This document shows, piece after piece, positions 21,900-33,686 of a stretch of DNA of 64,000 nucleotides. The stretch comes from Phyllosticta citribraziliensis (taxonomy: Eukaryota). The notes below the pieces were generated by a model that ran no database searches, was not told where the DNA came from, and saw nothing but the letters and a program-made list of their open reading frames with translations. The position numbers and the translations under genes are program-made. Location: assembly GCF_038025025.1 (NCBI RefSeq), contig NW_027117348.1, forward strand, positions 372,001 through 436,000, given 5' to 3'. Each line of letters begins with the position of its first letter. Position 1 is the first letter of the stretch.

Positions 21900-23800
21900 T
21901 ACTGTTCGTACCTCAAAGCACTAGCTACACTGTACTCCATCTTTCTCTTCCTCAATGATGTCGATCCAAGCTTCTCAACCACTTCGCTTCTATGCAACGC
22001 GCAACCATCCAGAAGTCGCACTTGTGGATTTTTGGTGGAGCAGTAGGTATAAAGTCTACATGCGTAAATCCCTAGCACATCCTCAAGAGGTGGAGGCGAG
22101 ATGAATCGTTGAAACTATAGAGCCAAATCGCGATCGGATTGATTCTTTTCCTTCTTTTCTAGGAGAATACGTACATGTGTACAACACAAAGCGCCTGCGA
22201 TAGATGATGTCTCCTACATCATAGGAGTCTGACTAGAAAGGATCACTACTGCGCCATGTTACTGTTTGCCTACATCTGCTCTTGCTCTTCCTCTTCCTCC
22301 AGTTCTTGCGCGCCAAGAAGATTCTTCCCTAAAACTCGCGGCTTCGCACTGCTCCAAGTCTTCAACCGCTTACTTGAATCTTGTGCGCGCCTTTTTAGAC
22401 TAATCTGTTCTCAGTTGCTCTAAATCGCTGCGAGATTACACACCAAACCAGAGTTTTGCTTCATGGATCACGGTAGGACTTCCCCGGCTCTACTTGCCAA
22501 GAATTGCGTTTAAAAGCGACCCAAGCCCGTCAAGTAGGCCATGGAGCATTAATCTATAGGAGTTCAGGTGCTCTAGCGACTAGAAAAGCTCCGCTCCTCT
22601 CGCGATGACATCGCATCGGTCGGCCAATGAAATGCCTCTTGTAGTGCCATTCACGGATCTAGGCCGAAGTACCACAAGCCTTTCTTCGCAAATGTGCTTG
22701 GTGAAGCCGCCACTAGCAACACATTTGTGCGCTATTTGGCTTGGAACAGCAATAGGGACCCCGCTCTTAAGTGTCTTAACGTCTTGACCCTAACCGTTAC
22801 ATTTTCGTTTGACTTGTGATAGATAGAGTCAAGCCAGCATCAATACAGTTTGAGGCTCTTTGGACTCGAGGTTCGTGGTCGCGTGCTAGCGCGGAAAACA
22901 ATTTCTTCACGCTTGCCTAATAATCCTTCTAAGCACTTTACACTCGGCTTCCCGCAGCCTCCATTTACGACGGGCGTGTCAAGATCCTGTATCCCGACTT
23001 CTATTGGCTAGAAATCGCTGCCGTAGTCCTCAATACGCATGGTATCTTGAATCTTACTGGCAGGCGATAGGGGGCTTTTTGTAGTCTACTTGCGGCCGAG
23101 AGCGAGAGCAAGCAGCCAAAACGGTAGAAAGCATGCAATAAGCTATGTAGAGAGGGAGCGTGCTAGCCGTGCATGCTAAGCCTTTCGTGTAGGCGCATGG
23201 TGGCATAGTATTGCTAGCTCAGTCAAAATAGAGCCCTCGACTAATGAGCTCCGCCAGTGTTGGTGATATAGGATCTTGAGTAGATGCTGGTCTATAGAAC
23301 TCCAGTCTCGTAATAATAAGCAAATAAGACCGTCATGGTCAATCTTCATTTACTTTAGAACGCCGCTCGGTGGAGCCAATATAGGGAACTGGTTTCGCTT
23401 TCATATCTCTACTAGGAGACGATCCGGAACCACTATCGAGTTCAATAGGCACCGAGCAATGAAGGTAAATCGCCTTCATTACTCAGTTGACTAAGTAGCA
23501 ATTGAAGCTTTAACTGGAGCTCCTCTTAAGCAACTGAATCGTGCTCGTTAGGATCATTTAGTAAAAGCTTACACGCATGGGCAACTTTCGCTACACGGTA
23601 CTTACACGTCGACTCCAGTGCGTTTTAATCGACGTGACATCGCTTAAGCTCGTTGAGCTCAGAATTTAGTAACGACTCGTGGTCCCAGGGCTCTCTGTGG
23701 TCGTGTAGCTTTCCCTATAAAAAACCGTCAGAATGCACAGCTTTCATGGCAGGCATCTTGTTTCTTAAACTCAAGTCGATCTAGTTCTAGCTTCTCATAC
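21900..23800 (-). mobile_element. Highly degenerate DNA-transposon relic, possibly Mutator/MULE-like
   Basis: The block is stop-rich and ORF-poor with elevated TAG. The minus strand at ~23360-23430 reads PDRLLVEI*KRNQFPILAPPSGV, resembling the MULE PDVLLxDxTYKTNRYxMPLLxxxGV motif, and EWHYKR lies near 22640. No TIRs were found and the boundaries are approximate. Confidence 0.35.
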
Positions 23801-24848
23801 TGCATTTGTTTCCCAGCAGCCTGTCCTTGTGGTTACGGTGGCCTCGCACCTGACGTTTTCATGTTGCGCGAGATGGAAATGCTCGATGTTGTTTGATTTC
23901 GCCGCTGCCGTTTTTGGCTGTCCACGCGCAACTGGCCAGGGCACAATCTTTCTGAATGAGCGATTTGGCTTCATGATTTGATACTCGTGAAGCTGCGTGA
24001 CGTCTGCGCGTCATTTCTTGTCACTCATTATGAGAGACGCCGCATCCTGTGTGAAGTCTCGGCGGATTTGCTTAATTGAGAAGCGACGGGAATAGAGTAT
24101 ACCAAAGTAGATGGCGGGTAGCGAGGTCGGGTGGTCTGCAGATTGATTGGAATTGTAGGGGCGGAGGAGTTCGCCTGAGAACGCAAGTTCGTGCCAGTTC
24201 GCTGACCATGTTCAAGGCTTTGAGATGTCGCAGTGTGGGAATTCTTTGCTGTCTCGGTTTCATGCGCTGGTCAACACCTATAGGACCGCGAGCGCTTTTC
24301 GAAGACAGCGACAATGAATGTAGTGGTGAGCTTGACGAGCAACGCTCTAGCTGCCGCAGTCATTTGGACGGCTTCGAGACCGATGAAGAAAGCGACGTCG
24401 CAACGAGCAGATTCGATGGAGATGAAGTGGATGGATCGAAATGGGTCAATATGCCGACGACGACATTGATGGGCGCAGCGACGAGGGCCGTTGAACCAAT
24501 AAGGATAGCGGTGCCACGAGAGACGAGACTGGCGCAGACAAAGACGACAAACGAGACAACGTCGATGAGGACCGGAGAAGCGATGCGAGATGCACATCGC
24601 AACGAGGAAGACGAAACAAGTAATGAGCCATGTTTTGGATATGTCACATTTGCAATGACTTGTTGTCGATGATCAAAATTTTGCGCAAGCCCCTCGCGCT
24701 TTGCTCAGATTCTATAAGAGACGGCCGTTGAAACCAAAATCCAATACACCATCGCCTTGTCCAATGCTAATTTATCCTGAACCATGCGGAATGAAATCGT
24801 TATGAACAACATGTGAAAGAAAATCCGAAATGACGTTCCGCGCCAGAA

Positions 24849-26024
24849 TTAGACGGCAACGTCAGGCTTGCCGAACTCCTTGAGGAACTCTTCCGAGTAG
24901 GGGTAGTCGATGTAGCCGGGCTCGGGCTTGTCGCCGGCCTTCTGGTTGATGTAGAAGGTGAAGCGGTCGTAGTCGGTGAAGGGGATGTTCTTCTTGACAC
25001 GGTAGACGAGGTCCGGGTTCGAGATGAAACGGCGGCCGAAGACGACGGCCACGTCGTGGTCCTTGTACTTCTCCTCGACGGCCTTGATGGCCAGTTCAGT
25101 CGTGAAACCACCAGCGATGAAGACGGGCTTGTCCCTGCCCCAGGACTGGAGAGCAAAGTCGAGGCTCTCGTTCTGGGGGTCGCGGTCGATGACACCGGCA
25201 ACGCGGGGCTCGACAAGGTGCAGGAAGGCCAGGTCAAGAGCACGGAGCTGGTCGATCAAGTAGGAGAATTGGGGAATCGGGTCCGACATGCGCATGCCCT
25301 GGAAGTTCGACCAGGGAGACAGACGAATGCCGGTGCGGTCGGCACCAACGGCCTTGATGACGGCCCTGGAAACCTCGACGGCAAAGCGGGCGCGGTTCTC
25401 AATGCTGCCACCCCACTGGTCGGTGCGCTTGTTGGAGACGTCCTGGGTGAACTGGTCGATCAGGTAGCCGTGGGCGCCGTGGATCTCAACGCCATCAAAG
25501 CCGCCCTTCTCTACCGCGTTCTTGGCGGCAGTCGCGTAGTCGCCGATGGTGGCCCAGACCTCCTCCTCAGTCATGGGCCTTGGTGCAGGCAGGCCCTTGG
25601 CCATGGGGACATCGCTCGCACTGACGAAGTTGTTCTTGAAGTCGAACTCCTCGTTCTTGACGGCACCGCCAGAGCCTTCCGGGTCGGGCCAGGCAGCGCG
25701 ACCGAGGCTCCAGAGCTGGACGTAGATCTTGCTGCCCTTTGCGTGGACAGCGTCGGTGGTTTTCTTCCAGCCAGCAAGCTGTTGCTCCGTCCAGAGGCCA
25801 GGGATGTTGGCGTAGCCTCCAGCGCGGGCGGAGATGAAGGTGGCCTCAGAGATGAGGAGGGTGCCAGGGACGACAGCGCGCTGGGCGTAGTACTGCGCCA
25901 TGACATCGGTAGGGACGTTGTCGTTGGTGGCCCGGAAGCGGGTGAGAGGGGCCATGACGACGCGGTGGTCGAGCTGGGTCGAGCCGACCTTGAGGGGCGT
26001 GAAGAGCTTGGTGTTTTCGGCCAT
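24849..26024 (-). CDS. Old yellow enzyme / NADH:flavin oxidoreductase (391 aa, intronless)
   Basis: Contains VVMAPLTRFRA, GFDGVEIHGAHGYLIDQF, NKRTDQWGGSIENRARF, GIRLSP and FGRRFISNPDL, with strong codon bias. Confidence 0.96.
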   Translation of the reverse strand: MAENTKLFTPLKVGSTQLDHRVVMAPLTRFRATNDNVPTDVMAQYYAQRAVVPGTLLISEATFISARAGGYANIPGLWTEQQLAGWKKTTDAVHAKGSKIYVQLWSLGRAAWPDPEGSGGAVKNEEFDFKNNFVSASDVPMAKGLPAPRPMTEEEVWATIGDYATAAKNAVEKGGFDGVEIHGAHGYLIDQFTQDVSNKRTDQWGGSIENRARFAVEVSRAVIKAVGADRTGIRLSPWSNFQGMRMSDPIPQFSYLIDQLRALDLAFLHLVEPRVAGVIDRDPQNESLDFALQSWGRDKPVFIAGGFTTELAIKAVEEKYKDHDVAVVFGRRFISNPDLVYRVKKNIPFTDYDRFTFYINQKAGDKPEPGYIDYPYSEEFLKEFGKPDVAV

Positions 26025-28013
26025 GTTTTGCGGTTTCGAGTCGAGTGAATTGGGGTCGGAGCGAATGTTTCTTGAGTGTCGATTCGATTTTCAACGTTGT
26101 CGGCAGGTCCTTTTATATCGAAACAAGACTTCTATGCTCTTCCACTGAAAAAAGCACCAGCGCGGCTCCACCGCCACTGCGACAGGTCCATGGACGTTGC
26201 TTGTTCAGCGAGCGAGCACGGCGAGCCGCAAGGCACACGCTCGAGCGTAATCCTTGGCGGGTAGATTTCTGGATTGGGGAATGGCTCTGGCGTGAGGCTC
26301 TCGGACATGACAGCGTACGTAAGGACCAGGCAGGACTAAGCATGCAATTGTCAGCAGAGATGAGGTTGCAAGATTGGGCATGCAAGATTTTGAAAACCCC
26401 GACCCCTGCGTAATGATGGTCCGAAAGAAGGCCGAGGTGTGTGCGTCACGGCGGACCTCATGGTAGTCCCTTTTCTCGATCTTTCGCGAGGGTTGTGGCA
26501 ACGGCACAGCGGCATGGGCGTCAGGGATTTCGAAGGCGGCCGGTAGGCGTCGCGGACCGGCCCGAAATGGCAGAGCAAGAGGCTGTCGTGGTGCGTGCCG
26601 GTGGTGCGCCACAGGGCGGTTGGGATGCTTGCTAATCCGCCGTAGCGATACTAATCACCAACCTGATCAATCAGCTTCCTGTGGCTGAGCAGCGCAATCA
26701 ATCGGCCCGGGCGTGCGACATCTCCATCTCCTACGAGCCCATCACCGACGACTCGCTCTGCTTTGCTCTGCCCCCCGGCCAAGATGTGCATCGACGCGAC
26801 GAGATCGAAGTCCAGCAGGCCCAACTACCCCGAGACGTGAGCCCGTGTCGCCCTTCAAGCAACGAGTCGAGTTCCGTTCCACCATCCACGCGACGGTGGG
26901 GCGATCCACGACGGGAACAACGCCGATCGAGGCGACAATCGTGGTATCGACGAGGGTGGCGCCGGCGACGTCATCCGAAACGGCGCAGACGATGCGAGAA
27001 TCTACGAGCGAACCCACGAAGGAGTCGGTCGGCGAGCGATGATTGCTGTCGAGATGGCGAGGTGAAGCACTTGCAGCCACGGTTGACGACACGATGAGAC
27101 GAGACGAGCCGATGCGACGACGCAATGATCCGACGATACGACGACGTGACGACGCGGCGACGAGGCGATGCGAAGCCACATCAACCGTGACAGGTTGCAA
27201 AAAGCAGAGGAACAAAGGGCGGAAACGGGCGACGCGATACTGGTACAAAAATGTCAGCGTGGTGTTTGAAGATGATGGATGGCAAACAGGTCTACCGCGG
27301 ATGGTTGGTCTCGTTGGGGCGAGCAATCTCAAAGCCAGGATCTGCGGCTTGTCCTGGCTGTGGTCGACCATGGCTGATGCAATGCTGATGCTCCTTGGGT
27401 TGGGATGCTGTTGAGATGTTGAGGTGGTGTTGGAGATGGTCGGTCGGCGCCTGGGCATACCGGTCCACTCGTCAACCATGCCGCATCAGCAACCCAAGTT
27501 CTCGACCTCGTGCCGTGGCATGGACATCATCCCGTCGCTCCTTCAAATGTGGCCCGGTCACGAAGGGTAGTATTCTGCCATCTCCGTTCCGCAATTCTGG
27601 CCTTTGGGGGGAGCGTTTCGGTCGCCGCCGGCATGCTGTGATTTTTCTCTTCGTTCATCCTTCTCCGTCCTTTTTTCCATCCGTACATCTCAATCGAGGA
27701 GGCTCTTCTGGGCGGTCGCACACCGACGGGGCCAATTCAGTCGATGGCTTCAAAGCCATCTGGTACGCCTCTTGTGGCTCCAAGGGCCGTTACGACGCCT
27801 CATGCTCTCTCGTTCCGTTTCTTGTGTCGAATATAGGGCCAGATATGGCAACACTGTACCATACTTACTCTTTCCCGAGAGTCCCCAACAATCCCATGCG
27901 TGCCATAAATTGCTCTCTTCTTCCATCTCTGCTCGATTCTGCAAACGGCTCCCGACACCTTCCACCACGCGCGGTATCAAGCTCTCGGAAATCTTATTCC
28001 AAGACTTCAACAC

Positions 28014-29039
28014 ATGATGCGCTGCCACATTACCAATCCAGCCTCTGCTCTCTTGGGCTTCTTCTACCTTGGGGCGATCGTGGGCTTACTGTCTTCTGCT
28101 GAAGCTGCTCCTACTAGGGTGGCTATCGCCCTCGGGAGTCATTCGACAACCTCTACCCCCGTACGTTCGAGTTCGAGTTCTTGCATCCCGATGCCCGAAA
28201 TTGGTTTCGATGGTACAACTGCGCATCCACTAGGCAGTTGCATCAAAGACGGTCTCGTCTATCCTCACCGTCAAAAACGCCACGTCAACCTGCCACGAGA
28301 TTTGAGTGATGCTGTTCAACCTAAATCTGCAAACTCTACGGCCGTCCGAGACTTTGATGATGCTGTTCAACCTCAATTTGGGAACTCTACAGCCGTCCGA
28401 GACTTGAATGATGCTATTCAACCTCAATCTGGGAACTCTACGGCAGTCCAAGATTTGGATGATGCTGTTCATCCAAAATCTAGGAACTCTACGCAAGTTC
28501 AAGATTTGAATTATGCTATTCAACCTAAGTCTAGAAACTCCACGGCCGTCCGAGATCTGAATGATGCTATTCAACCTCAATCTGGAAACTCCACGGCCGT
28601 CCGAGACTTGAATGGTGCTATTCAACCTCAATCTGGAGACTCTGCGGCCGTCACTCAATGGCGCAATCACAAGCCCGCTGGCAATCTCAATCTTTCAGCT
28701 GGAGAGGTCGAACCCGTGCCAGAAGAGAACAAGGAAGAACACAAGAAGCAGATAGAACAGGTCGATAAGGGGGAAAAAGAGATGGTAAACCATGAAAGGA
28801 AGAGGGCAGAGATGTTGCGAAAAGATATCGAGGATCGCAAGGAAAAAGAAAAGAAGCGGCAGGCGGATGTCCTAGAAGTGGAACAAAAAGCGGCGGAGCA
28901 GGCTTATTACGACATTGCAGTTAGGGAGTCGGTGCTCCGTTCGTTCAACGCACTCTTGAAGAAGGTCGACCGATTGAGGGGCAAGACTATGAAGGAGAGG
29001 GAGCAAGGTCTCGGCGACATCGTTAAGGGGAACTTGTAG
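28014..29039 (+). CDS. Putative secreted protein with 7 x 17-aa tandem repeats and a charged, coiled-coil-like C-terminus
   Basis: The hydrophobic signal ends SAEA/AP and an RQKR dibasic site follows. The repeat consensus is DLNDAIQPQSGNSTAVR, and the tail is E/K/R-rich and helical. Confidence 0.78.
   Translation: MMRCHITNPASALLGFFYLGAIVGLLSSAEAAPTRVAIALGSHSTTSTPVRSSSSSCIPMPEIGFDGTTAHPLGSCIKDGLVYPHRQKRHVNLPRDLSDAVQPKSANSTAVRDFDDAVQPQFGNSTAVRDLNDAIQPQSGNSTAVQDLDDAVHPKSRNSTQVQDLNYAIQPKSRNSTAVRDLNDAIQPQSGNSTAVRDLNGAIQPQSGDSAAVTQWRNHKPAGNLNLSAGEVEPVPEENKEEHKKQIEQVDKGEKEMVNHERKRAEMLRKDIEDRKEKEKKRQADVLEVEQKAAEQAYYDIAVRESVLRSFNALLKKVDRLRGKTMKEREQGLGDIVKGNL
28299..28655 (+). repeat. Coding minisatellite, 7 x 51 bp
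   Basis: Unit approximately GACTTGAATGATGCTATTCAACCTCAATCTGGAAACTCTACGGCCGTCCGA, contiguous and in frame. Confidence 0.93.
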
Positions 29040-29718
29040 AAGCGGGGTGTGTAATCTAGTGAGGGGAAGAGGGGCGAGCAGGCCGAAGAATGACGCGCGA
29101 GGCCCGGGATACGAAAGACAAGATGTGGAGGAGGAATGTTGCTGCGACAGCCTTTGCCGCTTGGCTCGATACTGTGTGGATTTTCCAGACGAGTGGTCAG
29201 GCGGATGCTGGATAGGAGTCGACCTCTTTCTAACTCCTTTCCATGGCTGTACTTCTTCACTTCTTTTCCCTGCCGCGAACGTCTCAGTCTTTTGTATTTG
29301 GCGGCAAGTCCACTCGTGTATCATCCATCTTGTTGGCTCACTCAGCTGAAGAGTAGGGAGGGTCGGCATAGGGCTTGCATTCAGGATAGAAGTTTCGGCC
29401 CTAGAATGCATTTTCCAAATCTATGCATATGTTTACGACAGTTAAATAGTGTTGCGTCCTTTGCAGCTCAGTGGATACGCGCGCCTTCTCGACCATGCCG
29501 ACTTTAGAACAAGGATGCATGAACGCCGTTCCCCGCATCGTTGCTTTACTCAGCACACTTTCGTGTCTTCTCCTGCCCATTCAACGTTTACAGCTGCCCT
29601 GATACGCCGCTCCGTCGCTCAACTCTTCCTTTCCGCCCGGCTGCTGTTCTCCTTTCTCTCCCCATCTTCCAAACGAACTCACTTCATCTACACGACTTCT
29701 CTCTCAGTCAACTTTGGC

Positions 29719-30573
29719 ATGACAAGCTCAATCGAACCTCTACTACGACCAAGGCCAGATGGTTCAGGCTATGAGTCGGCAGATGACGACGTCCCTCGCC
29801 GGATGCGCGGTTATTATTCCTTCGCGCCTGATCCGTCTGACACCTTCAGAGCTCGACATGCGATGGGAAACGGAGCGAACGGCGTCTGGACCGCTACCAG
29901 ATTCTCCATGCCACCTGGGCTTTCGGACTCGAATCCACACGACATCTTTGCTTCTCGCCCGATTCGCAGCGCGACTGGTACTCGCAAACGTTTCGTCATC
30001 CGCTCCCGCCACGTGCCTGCTTTGAGTCCGTCTACGACAATGGCTATCTTTACGGACGGTGCGTGTACGAACAATGGCGCAGGAGTTGGAAAGTCTTCTT
30101 CGACTGGTACTCCACAAGGGGGCTGTGCCTTTGTTTTGAACGGCGATGCGGGAGGAATCATTGCATTCCCGTTGGAAACCCAGGAACCTAGCAACGTGGG
30201 CAATGATCAAACCAACAACCGCGCGGAGCTTCAAGCGGCGATTGAAGCACTTCAATTCCGTTCATGGTCTGGAGAAGGTTGGGGCCGCGTTGTATTGATC
30301 ACCGACTCGGAGTACGTGGCATTTGGTGCTACCCTGTGGCTTCGCAGATGGGCGGAAAACGGATGGCGGACAAGCCAAGGCGGAGGCGTCAAGAATGCAG
30401 ACCTTTGGCACGAGCTGAGCGATAGCATGGGGGAGATGGCCAACGACGGCTGTGAAGTCAGCTTCTGGAAGGTCCCGAGACGTTGGGTTGCGAAGGCCGA
30501 CATGGCAGCAAGGCAAGCCGCAAACAATGCCGGTCCAGACCAACACGCGCCCATCTACGGAATCGTTCTGTAA
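29719..30573 (+). CDS. Stand-alone RNase HI-like protein (fungal)
   Basis: Contains IFTDGACTNNG, QTNNRAELQAAIEAL, LITDSEYV, W..NGW.T..G..VKNADLW and KADMAA, so the four acidic catalytic residues are present. The likely start is the ATG at 29719. Confidence 0.9.
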   Translation: MTSSIEPLLRPRPDGSGYESADDDVPRRMRGYYSFAPDPSDTFRARHAMGNGANGVWTATRFSMPPGLSDSNPHDIFASRPIRSATGTRKRFVIRSRHVPALSPSTTMAIFTDGACTNNGAGVGKSSSTGTPQGGCAFVLNGDAGGIIAFPLETQEPSNVGNDQTNNRAELQAAIEALQFRSWSGEGWGRVVLITDSEYVAFGATLWLRRWAENGWRTSQGGGVKNADLWHELSDSMGEMANDGCEVSFWKVPRRWVAKADMAARQAANNAGPDQHAPIYGIVL

Positions 30574-31805
30574 TCCGATGACTAGGACCATGGGACCAAT
30601 GGAATGACAGCGGGGACAGGGCTACGATGGAAATTCTACCAATCAGGGGCTTTGTTCGTGGTAGTATTCACCTTTGCAGTTATCGCTTGCTTCTGTTTCA
30701 GTTTTGATGTTACTCTAGTGGGATAATGGACACTACATATCATCACAGCCATAGCTTTTCAACAGAATGCAAAGTTGATGAGAATCGCTGGGAAAAGGTG
30801 CAACTTCACAACGATCCGAGCTTGGGTTGGTCAGCGTCGCAGCTCGTCCCTTCGCTGCGATGGCGCGGAGGCGACGCATGTCACTCGGTCGCATTGGCTC
30901 GCTGCGCAAAGGAAATCCAAGAAGCACGATTTGGATGCTTTCAGTGGCATGCAATTGGCAGCTTCATTTGTCGGCTGAGCCTTTGGACATGCAGGTGCGT
31001 TCATGTAGTGCAGTCGGCGACGGTGGTGAGCACGATTCATTTTCTCGGAAAGTTCGCACCTTCCATCGAGATTCGCGACTGTGGCGTAAGTCCGAGATGC
31101 GAGCTCATGATTGAGCGCCGCAGTCCGAGGTCCTGCACCACGTCCGTCGCGTTGCCGGCGAAAGAACGCGACATTGACTGAAAGTTTGCTTGCCAATGGC
31201 AGTGGTGTCAGTCCAGGCGCATATTCTGAGAGACGGCGAACTCTACGTCTTCTTCCTGGCGCAGTAAGGACGTTTCCACTCTAGGGATGGTTTCACGTGG
31301 AGTTTTGCGAATCATTGCGGACGGAGAAATTGGAGTCGTCTTGGTCCTTGGTGATGAAGGGTAAATGAAGCGTTTATGCAGACACGCAGTGCTCTCGAAG
31401 CAAGCCTCCTCGCAAGAGCGTCGTTCAGTGTGTATTGTACTCTCATGGACAATCGAGGCTCGTCCGACGACCGAGGAATACCTCTAAAAGCACACGATAG
31501 ATGTAACAAAATACAAAAGCGCGAATGAATTTGAATGTCCGGCCTGTCAACACGCTCAAGAAAGTTGGGAAGGATATCATGTGCAACAAATTTTCCAAAC
31601 GCCACAGCGAAAATTGAGAAAGGAACCAGGTAAAAGTCATGTAAAGCAAACTGCCTCAAGCCCATCGAAACAAAACTTTTGGCATTCTGACACATACAAT
31701 GAATCTATGGCAGACGCCAGGGCGAGGTGATGTCGAACGAAAAGTGCAAAAAGACACAACGAAAGTCGCACTGCCAATGCTTGAGCGTGCTCAACGACAA
31801 GCCAA

Positions 31806-33686
31806 TCAAGGGGGAGGAAAGGGTGTCTTGCCACGAAACCGCCCATTTTTGCTGCGCTTGACCTTCGGATCATTCTGACTGTTCAAAGGGCCCGAGGACG
31901 GCGCGTTTCTCTGACTTGTTCCAACGTTCGGCGGCTGCGTCGACGGACCTCGCGAACGGGAGCGGTTGATTGCAGTGAACGATTTGTGTCTTGGCTTCGC
32001 GCTGTTAGCGGGTTCCGGCGGCCTGGGCTGATTGCTAGAGCGCCATGCGCCTTGGTGACTCCGTTGCAAAGCACCTGAGTAGCTGCCGTGAGTGACCGGC
32101 CCGGTGTCGTCGCGATGATTCTGCGTTGGAGCGGGAGTCACACGGCGTGCCATCGGCTTTGGGGTTGCTGCGCGCCGCTCACCGCTCAGGCTTTCTGGTC
32201 GCTGATCTTTCCGCCGACTGGATTGGCCTGGTGTCGTTGTTTTTGCACTCGGGCTGGACTGTTTCGATATAGATTGATCGCCGGCAAGGTTCAAGCTCTG
32301 CAGAAGATGTCAGAAGCGGGAGAAGGAAGATCTGGGGAATCACTAACAGGGCTTTGCTCTTCTTTGAGTTCGTCATCTTCACGACTCAAATCTACGAAAG
32401 CTATCGCAGGGCGAAGATTCAATGGTGCGTCTGAAATGTAGAGGCGCTGACGCAGATGCTCGATTGGAATGTCTTCAGCCTCGCGACGGAGGAACCGGCG
32501 CTTCCAGGATAACCGAACTTCGGGCCCCAAGGCGTTCCAGTATTTCTCGACATGCATCTGCCACGCGTCTCGAGTTCCAGATGCTTCAATCAACTCGTCA
32601 AGTTGATACCAAATGAAAAGAGTTCTTGGACTGTCGATGAGTTCAGGAAGCAAATCTTTTCCTCGCGTGGTACGTAAGCGTTCTTCGTCCATGAACCAAG
32701 CCACCCGTGGGGCTAGAGTCCGAGAGATTCTCGATGGCTCCCAATAAAGAAGACGTTCGTCGGGCATATCCTCAGGTCGAAGGGCAGGTGGGGATTGGGG
32801 ACTGTGATCGGGTTGACTTCTTGATGAGGAGCTCTGTCCACGGCGTTCAGCTGGAACTTCTGGGAGACGGTTGAGGCGAGCTCCATCAGCAAGAACCAAT
32901 GCTCGACCTCGGTCGGCTTGGGGTCTCGGACGCAGATTGGTGTGAGGTTCTCTGTTGGACGGCTCGGCTACTTCACGAGTCTCGGTGGGAAGGTCGGGTG
33001 GGCGTTCGGCGCGAAGAGGGCCGCTCGTCGGACTAGTTGCTGGCGAGGACCAGGCACTTGTGATTTCTTGAAATAATTCCCTGTGGTCTGGGGTGACGAG
33101 CGGACCATGGAACGCCTCCGAAGCACGATGCAAAGTCTGGAGTTGCTGGGCCAAATGGGCGGCGTTTTTGACTTTCCCTCCGAGGATCCAGCAGAGCTTG
33201 AAAGAAAGCTGGTCGTGCAAGGTTTTGTGCACAAACTGCTTTATATCCTCATGGGCCTCTGTCAAGTCCAAATAGGAAAGCATTCGGCGTCCCTGGACTT
33301 CCAGAATGCTTTCCCAGTGGAGGTCGATGTTGATGATTTTTTGGATCATCCTGACCACAAGAGCCGGATCTTGGCGAAAGTCGCTTGTGGCGACTGTGGC
33401 CAACCACAAGCCCACATCCTCATGCGTCGACGGCCAGTTGACGTTTTCCGGGTGAAACGGGTCGACATTCGACTCAAGGAGGGGAGGGGGCGAGCTTCTC
33501 AAAGCTGGTGCTGGCGAAGACTGTGCGAGCCGTGGCCGCACATTCCGTGAGCTGCCCACTTGCGGAGCAGGCGAAGATTGATTCTACCCACAATGGATGG
33601 TCAGTCCCTGGAAAAGCTCGGATATCACTGCGGCGACGAGAACATACCTTGCGCTTGCTGCCACTCTTTTGGTGAGAGCGTGTCAT
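31806..33686 (-). CDS. Hypothetical protein with a degenerate HMG-box-like segment; 3 exons
   Basis: Exon 1 is MTRSHQKSGSKRK. Introns are GTATGT..CTGAC..TAG (~33584-33647) and GTTAGT..CTGAC..CAG (32298-32347), and they join ORFs 32291..33559 and 31806..32294 in frame. The segment SPRTLFIWYQ...VEKYWNALGPEVRLSWKRR is HMG-like. Confidence 0.7.

Noticed and set aside
25465..25490. OYE active site HGAHGY instead of HGANGY
   Set aside because: His/His pairs are well known in OYE family members (e.g. PETN reductase, plant OPRs), so this is not unusual.
25056..26048. 330-aa plus-strand ORF
   Set aside because: Antisense shadow of the codon-biased OYE gene.
28299..28655. Regular repeats that might suggest a CRISPR array
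   Set aside because: They are contiguous in-frame 51-bp coding repeats with no unique spacers, in a eukaryotic genome with no cas genes.
24849..30573. Possible secondary-metabolite or RiPP cluster (OYE, dioxygenase, repeat protein)
   Set aside because: No PKS, NRPS, terpene synthase, DMATS or DUF3328 gene is visible, and the genes are separated by long unrelated spacers.
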